This document shows positions 46,210 through 58,700 of a DNA stretch of 64,000 nucleotides, one piece after another. The position numbers were made by a program, and so were the translations under genes. The notes beneath the pieces were generated by a model that searched no databases, was not told where the DNA came from, and worked only from the letters and a program-made list of their open reading frames with translations. How positions within the stretch are numbered: the stretch's first letter is position 1; the number at the start of each line of letters is the position of its first letter. Origin of the DNA: the human T2T-CHM13v2.0 reference genome, Homo sapiens; NCBI RefSeq assembly GCF_009914755.1, contig NC_060931.1. One strand, given 5' to 3'.

Positions 46210-47150
46210 CCCCTATAGACTGGAAGAAACTTTGCAAATATATAGCTGATAAAGACATTTATGAAAAACTCTCAACTCAGTAGAAACCAAGTAACCCAAT
46301 CAAAAATATGTCAGGGATTTTCAGAAACCCTTTAGCCAAGAGGATATGTGGATGGAAATAAGCATGTGTAAAATGCTTAACATCATCAGCCATTGCAAAA
46401 TACAAATTTAAACTGCACCAATATGCCACTAAACACTTATTTAAATGGCTCATATTGAAGACTGATTATCTTGAGTGTGGGCAAGGATTTGGGGGAACCG
46501 GAAGCCTCAGAAGCTGCAGGTAGAAATATAAAATTCTAAAATGACTCTGGAAAATAATTTAACAGTTTCTTTAAAAGTTGAACATATGCCTACTGTATGA
46601 TCTAGCTGTTCCACTCTTAGGTATTTACCCTACCTAAGTGAAGTGTAAGCATATGTCCATATAAAAACTTGTACATAAATGTTTATAAAAGCTTTTTTGG
46701 TAATAGCCCAAAATTTGAAGTAACACAGATGTCCATCAACATGTGAATAGATACACAAACCATGGTATAGGCATACAATCAAGTATTACTTGGCAACAAA
46801 TAAATAACTATTGATACATGCTGCAACATGAATAAATCTCAACATAATTATACTTAGTGAAAGTTGTCAGACTATAAAAGACCACCTACTTTAATAATTC
46901 CATATCTAAAATGTTAGAAAATGGAAAGTAATATATAGTAACAGAAAAAAAAGATTGGTTTTCCTTACGGATGGAAAAAGGTAGTGGAATTGTTAGGGAG
47001 AAACAGATCACAAGGGAGCATGAGGCACCTTCTGGGAATGGCACATATGCTCATTGCCTTGACCGTGGCGTTTTCACGGGTATGCACATGTGCACACGTC
47101 AATACTTATTAAACCGTACATTCTAAATATGCACAGTCAACTATACCTCA
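46210..47150 (+). mobile_element. L1M 3' end fragment
   Basis: ccactcttaggtatttaccc, atgtccatcaac, gcaacatgaataaatctc motifs. Confidence 0.75.
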
Positions 47151-47534
47151 ATGTACTTACTAAACATGGTATCCAGTGTTTGCAATATCTTTTTCAAGAA
47201 CAAAAGAGGTAATAATCTTCTTTTGTCCTGCTTTTAAGACATCATCTCTTGACTTAGCTGACTTCAATAATTTATAACTTTATGCAATGAGTTTAGTACT
47301 TACTCACTAAATATGACAAACACCAATTAAGAGTCCCTGAAAAGACTAGCCTAGCAACTATAAGGCACCCTTTCCCTAAAGGACTTGCTGGAGGTCATAA
47401 TTTTTACACTGAAGTCTAAAGGACATCTACTGGCGTAGGTTCTCCATTAAGTATGTTTTACTATGGGATAGTTTTTGATATCTATGCCAATGGATGCCTT
47501 AATAATAGCAAACACTCTGCCTATGGTTCTTTCT

Positions 47535-47833
47535 TTCTTCTTTACATTTTTTGAGACAACATCTCACTCTGTCACCCAGGCTGGAGTGCAGTGGCACGAT
47601 CTTGGTCACTGCAACCTCTACCTCCTGGGTTCAAGCGATTCTCCTGCCTCAGCCTCCAGAGTAGTTGGGACTACAGGCATGCACCACCGTGCCTGGCTAA
47701 TTTTTGTATTTTAGTAGAGATGGGGTTTCGCCATGTTGGCCAAGCTCATCTTGAACTCGTGGACTCAAATGATCCACCTACCTCGGCCTCCCAAAGTGCT
47801 AGGATTACATGTGTGAACCACCATGCCCGGCCC
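47535..47833 (-). mobile_element. Alu (AluS)
   Basis: TSD atggttctttct on both sides. Confidence 0.95.
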
Positions 47834-49663
47834 ATGGTTCTTTCTAGGCTTGGAATATTGTAAAGTTGGAGCTTGACGTGACCCTGAAGGCTGGTTGAAT
47901 GTCCTCAGCTTTCACACAGGTGAACAAAGGCCCAGAGAGAGGTGCCCACCCACCTGACACATAACAGGTGCCCCACTCAACCAATGCTAAGATCGAGTCT
48001 ACTGATTCCCTGTTTCCCTCCTTCCACTCTACCTCAGTAAACCATCCGCCACTGGATGAGCTTTTCTGTATGAAGTCACACAGTTAAGAAGCTTCCACGA
48101 GGCCCCAGTGAATTGTCAGCTTTTTTTGGTTTATGAAAAACAAAATGAAAAATATGAACTTGTTCTGCTGTGCGCACATTTTGTCAGATGTAATTTTAAA
48201 ACGTCTCATAATGCCTAAATGCCTTATGATCTCTTAATATTGCATTTGAAATTTTCCTAAAAAGGAAAATACAGACACTGAAAGAACACACACATTATGT
48301 CTCCATAATAGGAAAATAATACAAACTTTCTAAAGCCCTAAAGATGAGGGAGGGCATGCACAAGAAATTACATAACTTCCTCCATCTCTTTTGACTAAAT
48401 CCATATTGCTGAGACTGTAATAAAAATATTAGATTTGAGGGTCCTATAAAATTCCAATCACTCTATTTCCTTCATGAGGTACAAGGTGTAAGATAATTGA
48501 AGTACTGCATTTGAGGTATAGCTTTTGACTTAAAAAAAATCCAACAAATAAAACCAGAAAAAACAATTACTACTCATTTACTGCCCTCTATTCCTGGAAA
48601 CTTAACTTATGTATGAGCTTAGATTCATTTTATGTATTTTACTGATAAAATGAGGACAATTAAAATTTTAAAAATCAATAAAATGTAAAGCCAAAATAAC
48701 ATAAATAGATTTTCAGTAATATCCTGGAAGTCATAAAAGTAATTTATGTTCTATCCATTATATTAAACTTTCTGAAATACTTGGGGATGATTTAAGTTTT
48801 GGGTGATAAAAAGAATTTATTTATTTATATTTACACGGGTACTCTTTCTTATTTCTTCCAGAAATTACCAATTAGACAACTAAGCTTTCTTTTCAGAATG
48901 AAGAACAATGGTGGATAAGAAAAGCTATGAACTAGACATGCCCTTGCTAACAGTAAGTGTTAGTGAAGTGTCCTTCAGGCTGACTCACTAACCTTCATGA
49001 TGCCCAAGTGTCTATCAGACGTGGCCCTTCACTGCGTGCTCAGATGGAGAAGATGAACCACAAAACAGCCTCGTATAATGGAATGTGCCAAAACCTAGAA
49101 TCAGGCAGTGGGGGTTTGAGCCCTGGCTCTCTCATTAACTGCGTTTTGTTGGATCTCAGTTTTTTGAAATGAGAGGACTAAATGAAATTACCTCTAAAGT
49201 TAGATCCTAATTTTAAATATGTTATATTAGGGATGAAAGATTCTCCAGCATAGGAGGAACTAGACACTATGTGGAAAACGACAGATACCAATGGTCAGGA
49301 TGAGGGAACCTGGGAATTCAGAAAGAACTACAGGCTCAGGAACAGGGAGGTGTAGGGATCAGAGTAGGTGGGAGGGTCTGATTCAAGTCCAAAATCAAGC
49401 TGGAGAATAGTACCTGCAACCATGAGTTATTAAAAAAAATTCCCTTCTTAGCAGGACTCTGGTTCTGTGATATACTCATGTCCATAGATGGTGGTTCTGA
49501 AGCCAAGTGTGTGAGAAAAGAAAAGGGGCAGGAAAAGGACCTGCTGTTATGGCAGCAACTGGTGAAACGCCGTAAGCCTTGCATGAGTTTGCCATGTCCC
49601 GTAGCCTGTGAGTCAGTGGCTGATCTAATCATTTAGAGGGAGGGCTTCCTACAGAAAGAGAAG

Positions 49664-50210
49664 AGAAAATAAAAAAGAGACTTAGTGAAGGTCAATAACA
49701 AAGCTTCATAAAGATATAAAGTCTTGAAGAGGACTCACTTGGAAAGTGGAAAGCACAGAAAGGGAATCAGTGCTAAAATCCAGGAGGGAAATTCTTTAAG
49801 CCATGAAGAGGAGGAGGAGGCTGCTCAATTCCTAAGCATGATAGACTGAGGAAAAGTTTGGAAATAGGATGAAATGCCCCAGGAGGGGGAAGTTCTATGG
49901 ATCTAAACCAAAAGGGGCAGGAAAGAATAGAAAAGGAGACAGGAGGTATTTTGGCAAAGGGAGAGCATTAAAGTAGGTTTTGCTTCTTATGAGAAGACAA
50001 AAAAGGGAGGGCATGAAAACCTTCAGATTTTTCAGATTTGACAAGTGATAGTTTATCAAAATGTGAGTTTTGGAAAATGTAACACTGGGAAAATGAAAGA
50101 AGAGTAGAGAAAGAACTGACAGAAAATAAAAAAGAGACTGAGTGAAGGTCAACAAGAAAGCTTCACAAAGATTTAAAGTCTTGAAGAGGACTCACTTGGA
50201 AAGTGAAAAG
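49664..50210. repeat. Dispersed 90-bp direct repeat (49664-49753 and 50121-50210)
   Basis: agaaaataaaaaagagact.agtgaaggtcaa...aaagtcttgaagaggactcacttggaaagtg.aaag; about 6 mismatches by eye. Confidence 0.9.
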
Positions 50211-50329
50211 GGATTCCAGAATTAAGAAAACTAGGCAGCCTCCAAATCTCTAGTTGTCCCCTGAGTCATGCAGGTGCTGAATGGGCTACAAGAGGATAAA
50301 AGAACAAAACTTGTATTTGAGTTGCCATC

Positions 50330-51232
50330 CAACTTAAGTGTTCATTAAAATGAAAAACAAATCATCAGAGAAACAAAACAGAATGCAGAGTTTCCATAAC
50401 ATGCATGATGCCCAAGATAAAATTCAAAATCACTCAACATACAAGGACATTTTAAACTGTGGTCCAATTTCGAGAAGAAAATACAGTCAACACAGACCAA
50501 TTCTAAGAAGGCTCAGATGTTAGAATTATCATACAAGAGTTTTAAAGTGAGTATTATAAGAAGACTCCTCATTTATTAAACAGCAAAGATACTCATGATG
50601 AATTAAAAAAAAATCCAAGCAGAAAATAGAAATTATGGAGAAAGAACTAAGTGGACATTTTAGAATTTGAAAATGCAATATCCGGAGCTACGCACACAAA
50701 CCACAGAATGCAGAACACAGAGGAGAGACTCATTAAATGTGAAGATGGAACCACAGAAATTAAACCTGAAAAAGAGAGAGAAAAGTATCTTGGAAAAATG
50801 ATGAGCCTCAGAGACCTGTAAAGCAATATAAGCTGTATAAAACATACATAATTGTCATCTCAACAAATTAAGAATAGGACCGAAAAAAAGTTTGACAAGA
50901 TAATGGCCACCAAATTCCGAAAGATGGTGCATTTAAAGATTCAAGGTGATCTTTGCACCCACTACGGTAATAAATATGAAGAAAATCATGCCTAGGCACA
51001 TAGTATTGAAATATTGAAAACCAAAGAAAAATCTTAAATGCAGACAAAGAAAAATAATACAGTACATACAGGGAACTATGAATCAAATGACTTCACTTCT
51101 CAGTAGAAAAAACTCATTCTAGAACTCAGTGGAATGCCATCTTTAAAGTGCTGAAAAAGAAGTAAAAATCCTGTCAACTCAGAATTTTACATCCAGGAAA
51201 ATACATCCTTTAAGGATGAAATCAAAGTAAAA
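50330..51232 (+). mobile_element. Old L1 ORF1 remnant
   Basis: cctaggcacatagtatt.aaa, aaaatcttaaa.gcag, cagtggaatgccatctttaaagtgctgaaa, tgtcaactcagaattttacatcc. Confidence 0.7.
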
Positions 51233-51329
51233 ATGTAGGTGGGATTCATGAGTAGTATTTCAAACACACAAAAAAAATGCATTTCTATTGAATCAAAATT
51301 GTTTTAGCTGATTAATCCTTTTTTTTAAT

Positions 51330-52130
51330 GTCCTAAAAGGAAAATGACAGACATACAAGCTTTGCTATCCCTGTCCTTGTGGTAAAATAAACACTAGAAA
51401 TAGAAGGTAAGAAGGCTATTAAATTTCCACAAAGTATAATACCTAGAGCTGGCAAAAGTCAGCAAACTCCTGTGGGTAGAGGCTGACACTCTTCATGGAT
51501 CATAAGCAACTTCAAAATGCAAACGCTTCATCAGCTTTTTCACAGCATGAAAACCTTGAGAAGAAACACCAACATTTTACTAATTCATTGGTAGAATACG
51601 ATGTTCCTCACCAGAAAATGGTGCCAAATGATGAATAAGGATTGACTTCTTGCCACATTCTAGGAGCGCAAATGGGTAAACAGGAGATATTACGATTATT
51701 AATCACTGCATTCATCAGAGAGGCACCAAGTGAGTCCTTGATCCTGAAGGGATTTCGCTAGTTGAGTTCAGATTGAAATCCACAGAGCCAAAGTTTTGCA
51801 TCTACTCTTCATTGCAAAGAATCCGTTGAGGTTCGTGGACTAATAACTCATCCCTTTTGGCTTTGGAGACAAAGGTGGAATGAGAACGAAAACTAGAATG
51901 TTAAATATCCACCTTCACAAATAGGAAGCAGAGACTTTTGATCTCTACCCTCAGACAAAACGATTACTCTTTAAGTATGTTTCTGAATTGAGAGTTTTTT
52001 CGGACCTGGTGGAGCTAGATTCCTTGTTGGCAAAAATGGCTAGGAAAGGAATCTTACAAGCTGGAAAAAGTGCTCATGGAATCTGTTATATTGATCCTAA
52101 TTATCAAATGGTGTAAATGCTATATGCATT
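51330..52130 (+). mobile_element. Highly decayed ERVL-like internal fragment (integrase/dUTPase traces)
   Basis: Short peptides FTA.., IHW, YDVPHQ (cf. ERVL integrase IHWxYHVPHH) and YIDPNYQ (cf. dUTPase VIDPDYQG) in the expected order. Confidence 0.4.
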
Positions 52131-52667
52131 TGTAGGCCACAATATGTAATCTGTATATTGTGTAATATATACACAGTTGTCATCCCAAGAAAGAATAAAA
52201 TGTAAAAATATTTTTGAAAATAATGGTACAAAATCCCCAAATATGGTGAAAGAATTAAAGATTCAAGATGCTTAGTGAACTCCTAGCAGGATAAATATAA
52301 AAGAACCCATGGCTAGTCACATACAAGTCACCAAACATGGAAAATCAAAGATAAGGAGATACTCTTGAAAGCAGAGAAAAGAGAAAACAGATATGAAATA
52401 TAAACAATTACAACATCAGATAGAGCGAAGAATTTTAGATAAAATGGGGTCTCAAATTATAAGTAATACAAAGAATTATTTTCAGGACCTATATCCATGC
52501 TTGATGTGAAGCTTTGTCATGTAATAAATGCTTACTATATGCAAACTGTTGCATGGGGATTTTCTTAACAATTATATGAGATAATGCATACATTATATTC
52601 CCCTTTTCCAGATGTGTAAAAATAAATTAAATTATGTCCTGCATTTGTTACTTTCTACTTGTGTGAT

Positions 52668-52810
52668 TTTTTTCTGGGGTTGTGGGGGTGAGGGTTAGAG
52701 ATGCCATCTTACTGTGTTGCCGAGACTGGATTCCAACTTCAATGATCTTCTCACACTAGCCTCCTGAGTAGATAGGACCTCAGGCACACACCACCATGCC
52801 ATGCCCAGCT
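52668..52810 (-). mobile_element. FLAM/AluJ monomer
   Basis: tgtgttgccgagactgg..agcctcctgagtag..caggcacacaccacc. Confidence 0.7.
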
Positions 52811-52956
52811 CTATTTGTGTGATCTTTACCAAGTTACCATTTGTCTCACTGCAAAGCCCATACTCTAACAATTATCCCATCCTACTCATACCCTCTGGGA
52901 CCTGCTCCTGAGGAGCTGTGTGCCTATGAGAGGCGACCATGTAAAAAGAGGCTGTT

Positions 52957-53422
<466 letters not shown>

Positions 53423-55699
53423 TCATGAAACTCTTACCATGAAGGTCCTATAAAACTTAGGCATGGAGGTTAAGCAACTTATCCAAAATGACACTGGTAC
53501 CTTAGGATCCCAAAGTCCAAGCTTTGGACAGCTATGTCTGCTGCTTCCAGAGACTGAAGCACTGATAATACTTGTCTTGATGTCTAACGTAATACATACT
53601 GATACAAGGAAATTTCCCTTTCAGAAAAGCTCTAAGCAAAGAAACTCAATCCAAACCTTTGCTTTCTCTTCAAACCTGAGGCTGAAAGGAGAGGCCCTAC
53701 TTTGGCTGGAGTTAACTACTCAACTGGGTGTCCTTACTTTCTGCTCAGAAGGTGAGTGCCATCTTCCAAAGCTAAAGTTGAACAGTCTTATGTTGGTAGT
53801 TTACATCTTCTGTAAAACTTAAGTTTGTATTCTTTGCTCAAGAATGAATACCACTTACAAGTTTCCAGGAGCCAATTCCAGAGGACTATCACTTCAGGAG
53901 GTTTCCTCTCAGGACCAGTGGCTCCTGCCTCTACTGGGGCCAACAGTGTGGTGGATTACCCTGTGATCCTCAGCAGCTGTTAGCAGGTGGTCAGGTGCCC
54001 CCATGCTCAGGAGAAAGGAGGCTGCAACAAGGACCTCTTCTTTCCAAATTCTAGGGCTTCAATAGGCAAGAATGAACCTAGCAATAAATAACACATCTAA
54101 AAGAAGGCTAACACATCTAAAAGGTGAATAACCATCTAAAAGAGACAACCAATGTTGCTCAAGAAATATCTGCACAAGAACAAATGATAAGAATTTGCCA
54201 AATGTAAATTGCTACACCAGTAATCAGTAAATGAATGAGACCAAACAAAAGTGAGTCCAGCTGGAATATTTTCCTAAGAGGCTGATGCCTTTCCTTCCAC
54301 CAAAGTCGTATATGCTATATATACGATGGAAAAACAACTGTTCCAAAACATCTACTAAACTGACATTGTTGAGTTTTATATTTTATTGGAAAAATACTGT
54401 GACCTAAATGTCACATGGTCCATCCAGCACTTCCCAGTGTTGACTGTTGACTCCTGCTACCAGCTCATCCCTCATCCACTACAGAACTTTCACCAACACG
54501 TCACCTCCAATCATTTCAGTCTCTCATGTTATCGCACCACAGCAACCTACAAGACAAACTCCAAAGCTGCAAACTTTGCAGGCAAACAACAACTTAAGTG
54601 TGTTCTTCTTTGAGAAAAGGAACTGAATATTTTTTTTCCTTCTAGCTAATGGATTTCACCATCATCTCACTTTAGGCCATCAAAGATTTTAAAGAACGAA
54701 GGATAGGGTATGACTAGAACTGCATGTTGGACAGTGAAGGCAATGTCTAAGTTCATATTGCGGCTCTCCGTTCTCATATTATTGGAACTTAATAGGGGTT
54801 TACCATGTTTATTAAATGGATGATTGATGACTATTGAATTAATATGATTCATTGGAGCAAGTATTTGTTGGACACCTGATAGGTATGTAAGGTGATCCCT
54901 AACTCATGATTAACAGGTTTCCTAGTACCTTTTAAATTGTTGGTGTGTGTTCCAACACTTTCCAGAAAGTTTTATTGGTGGCAATACTCTACAGTCCAAT
55001 TCTTCCAAGAAGCCACTTTAATACTGGAGCCAAAGACATTTCTTAAAGAAAATTCCTGAATGATCTTCTGAACTCCACAGATGTCTCTACTATATTATCA
55101 CTGATGGGTGAAACTTTATTTTTAATTGAAAAATTTTATATCAACTACTCTGTATTAAAATACATTTCCTGTAGATATTAAGTAATGTAAATGTGAAACA
55201 TATAACTACTCAAATCATAGTGAGAACAGAGATCAGAGAAATGACTTGCTGATTCAAATATTTCATCATGATCTGATAGAAGAAAATGCTTGATATTACT
55301 TACTCAGTTGAATAAAAGCATTCAACCTTAAATCCTCATCTTACATAACTCAAACAAAACAAGAATTCCTTTATCTGCCAAGTGAATCCAATATCATTAC
55401 TCACTTCAACTCCGAACAAGTAGATAGTGTTTGGAGTTGATATTGTGGGCTAATACATGCCCCAAACCCCAACAAGTAGATTTTAATGGGAATATTTTTC
55501 CAATAAGAGCTAATAAATATATATGCCCTTACATAAAGTGTACACACAAAAATAGGTGTCGAAAATAAGATGACAGAGTAAAGCATAAATTCAGTCTGCA
55601 TATCAAGGACTAAGCTCCACAGTGCTCGCCTTTTTTCGGTTTAAAAAAATATATAAATATTCGAAAATATTTTAAAGTTCATTGTTACATGCATTGCTG

Positions 55700-57450
55700 T
55701 GCGGCTTCCCTATGTAACCCGGGTAAGGAATTTCCTCGCTAATTCATCACAACCTAAGCGGAATGGCAGATAGGTGAGGCGTATTGAGCATGGCCAAGGG
55801 TGGCCGGGCCCCACAGGATCCGTGCGAAATCCGGAACCTCGCTGGCGATCTGGGTTTTTTGCGCGTGGGAGTAAACATTTCCCAAGTCCCTCACACTCTG
55901 GGCTGCTAGTGAGGTTCTGCCAGAATTCCTTAGGCCGCCGCCCACTCCCCTTTCTCTGAACGTCACTAATTTCCTGGAAATAATTCCAGGCACGCATCGC
56001 TCCATTAAAGTTAATGAAGCACGTGTCCGTGACAGCAGCCAGCGCCAGCGCCCGCGGGAGAGCCCCGCGCGCGCTTCCCGGGAAAGAGCTCCTCTGCAAG
56101 CTCTGGCCCAGGGGGGTCTGATTGTGAAAGGGGGAGGGGCTCTGCCTCCCAACGCCGACCTCTTCTCTCGAAAGCCTCGCAATCATGGGAAACAGCTGCA
56201 CCTGCCAGCCCAGCCGCAAAGCAGGGTAGGATCTCCAGCCCCAGGGTGGCCGGCGGGAGCGGATGCACGGGCAGAGCCCTGCTGCTGGCCGCGGGTCTAC
56301 AAAACAGCATACGTTCTCTCAACCCCTGCGATCCGCCAACCATCCTCAGTCACCGACCCCTGCAAGGGATGCAGACGCACCAGCGGCTGCTCACACTCCC
56401 TCCACAAACCTGCCGGAGTCTCCACTCGCCCGCCAACTGTAGCCTCCATCTGCGCCCCACGCCCCCGCACAAGCCCCCTCCGTCGCGGGTCTCTTACCTT
56501 GTGGCCTTTCCCCGGGGGATACCTGACGCTATTGGAGACTCCTGCGGTTTGATTCATGTCCAGAGGAAGTTGAGGGGCCCAGATTCTCTACCTTCAAAAC
56601 TTCCTAGGCGCGTGGAGGGTGGCGACAGAGGTGCGCGCCTCGGGGGAGACGCGAGGTGGGTCCTCCTTCTGCAGCCGAGTCTGGGCGAGCGCGAGGGGAG
56701 CCTCCACGCTGCAGGCTTCTGTGCAGGGGCGGTAAAATCCGCAGCCCAGAGCTGGAGAAGGAGAAGCAGCTGCTGGGACCCCGGAGGGAAGCCGGGCCGG
56801 CGCCAGCGGCTCCGAGGGCGCTCTGCCCAGTGCTGCCTCCCCGGGAAACAGTTCAGGACGCTCAAGACCAGAAGCGGGAGCAAACCCAAAAGGAGCTCCA
56901 AGGAGGTGTGTGTGGGGAGAGCCAGGGGGACGCAGGACTAGGCTCTTTCCTGCGCAAGGGGTGGGGAAACCCGCGAAAGCCAGGGAGTCGCGCGCACTCA
57001 CGCCCTCCCGCCACCAGGGCAGAGCCACCGCTGCAAGGAGCCCACGGGTGCGCGCTCCGCTCCAGGGCGGATCTTTCCACACCCCCCTCACCCTCAAAAG
57101 CTCAGGCTGGAGCGGTCATCAGTGCGGACTCCGGCACCCCACCCACCCAGCAGGGGTTAAGGAGGGACTGGTGCCCACTCTTGCCTACAGCTCCTGCGCA
57201 GGGCTCCAGCCGCCAAATCTTCCCGGGATGGTCGGGAGGTGGCATAAGAGGTTTTGCCAGGAACCACTGCACAGGCGAAAGAGAGACAGTGGAGTGGGCG
57301 GAGGAGGAGCTGGGACGGCACCCGGGCTCGTTAGCCCAGGCTGCACGAGCTACAGCGGAGGGATGCGAGCGCTCTGTCAGTTGAGCAGGCGCTGCGCGCG
57401 GAGGCCCGGTCGGTGCCATTGGTTGGCGGCCCAATTGGCTTGACCAGGGC
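55700..57450. promoter_or_regulatory. CpG island / promoter of the DPP6a-type first exon
   Basis: Only non-repeat GC- and CpG-rich segment in the window; spans the exon; CCAAT boxes (attgg ~57418, ccaattgg ~57432) and GC box gggcgg ~57447 at its right edge. Confidence 0.9.
56498..56557 (-). CDS. DPP6: Coding part of the DPP6a (DPP6-E) type alternative first exon, MNQTAGVSNSVRYPPGKGHK; either DPP6 itself or its segmental-duplicate copy
   Basis: gacATG with purine at -3; exactly 20 codons then phase-0 donor AAG|GTAAGA (GT at 56497-56496); peptide matches the remembered DPP6a N-terminus and is homologous to DPP10a MNQTASVSHHIKCQPSKTIK; common exon 2 (ELVGSNPPQ...) not seen in the window. Confidence 0.88.
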
Positions 57451-57965
57451 GGTATTTGGGGAAGGGCAACAGAGTACATCCATTCCTTTCTGCAATAGAA
57501 GTCTCTGCAGCTTCCCAAGAGTTTTTTTTTCTTTCTTTCTTTTTCTTCGTTTCCTTCTTTTTCTTTTGGCACCTGTGAAGTCATGATCTAATTAGTCAAC
57601 ATTTAGACACAGGTGAAAAGAAATTGACCCCAGGGAACCAGGAAAAATCAGTCAAAAAAGAGCAGCTGCTTCATGAAGACTGCATTGCAACATTCTAGGA
57701 TCACAAGTCTGAACAGGGGACCAAGGGCACGTTAGGATACAGCCATATTATTTGACAAAATGTTAAATTTTATCCAGGCAGATATAGTTGAGTTTGAATA
57801 TTCTGAATGGGAATCAAACCACATAATTTGGTTTCTATTTCACCATCCCAAAATCTTGGTTTTAGCTTGTATAAATTGAAGGAAGAAGTTAGACTAATTT
57901 ATGAGGACCAGAGCTGCACTTTCTTCCTCAAGTGCATTGGCTTGGTAACAGAAGTACATCCCCTT

Positions 57966-58312
<347 letters not shown>

Positions 58313-58489
58313 TTATTTTAGTTCTTCCGTTATTTGCTGATATTCATGGTCATTTCTTTAATGTTCCCAACTCCAAGTTGGAATAATCCCCATTTTGTAA
58401 AACAAATTATTGTGTTTGGTTGCTTTTGGCTGCTGAAGACATTCAAAAGCAACTCCTGAGATGAATATGAAGGCTCAGCTTGGAGATCA

Positions 58490-58700
58490 GCGTAATGCAG
58501 AGCTTGGCTGTGGATGCAGATGCTGGTTGGAATCTTGGCTTTGCCGCCTCCTAGTGCACATCCTTGGGCAAATTATTTCTCTCATTTATTCTTACATTTG
58601 TAAGGTCGGTGTTATAGCTGCACCTTTCCACGTGAGGAAACTGAGGCTCAGAAATACTAATGTGCAGCAGGTGCTTCGCATAGTAGTAGGTGTTCATCAG
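58490..58700 (+). mobile_element. MIR fragments
   Basis: gaatcttggctttgcc..ccttgggcaaatta; gaggaaactgaggctcaga. Confidence 0.6.

Noticed and set aside
54089-54145. Three imperfect copies of taacacatctaaaag
   Set aside because: Tiny slippage repeat with no further structure.
56015-56050. Possible REST/RE1 site (tgtccgtg core)
   Set aside because: Only the half-site core matches; the gtgctgaa half is absent at the correct spacing.
56554-56901. Upstream ORF ending in ATGA overlap with the DPP6a start codon
   Set aside because: It starts at TTG, not ATG, and the TSS position is unknown, so there is no support for translation.
55710-57584. Long overlapping ORFs (up to 242 aa) in the CpG island
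   Set aside because: Expected from stop-poor GC-rich DNA, many start at non-ATG codons, and there is no recognisable domain. Only the first 20 codons of the 56557 ORF match a known protein.
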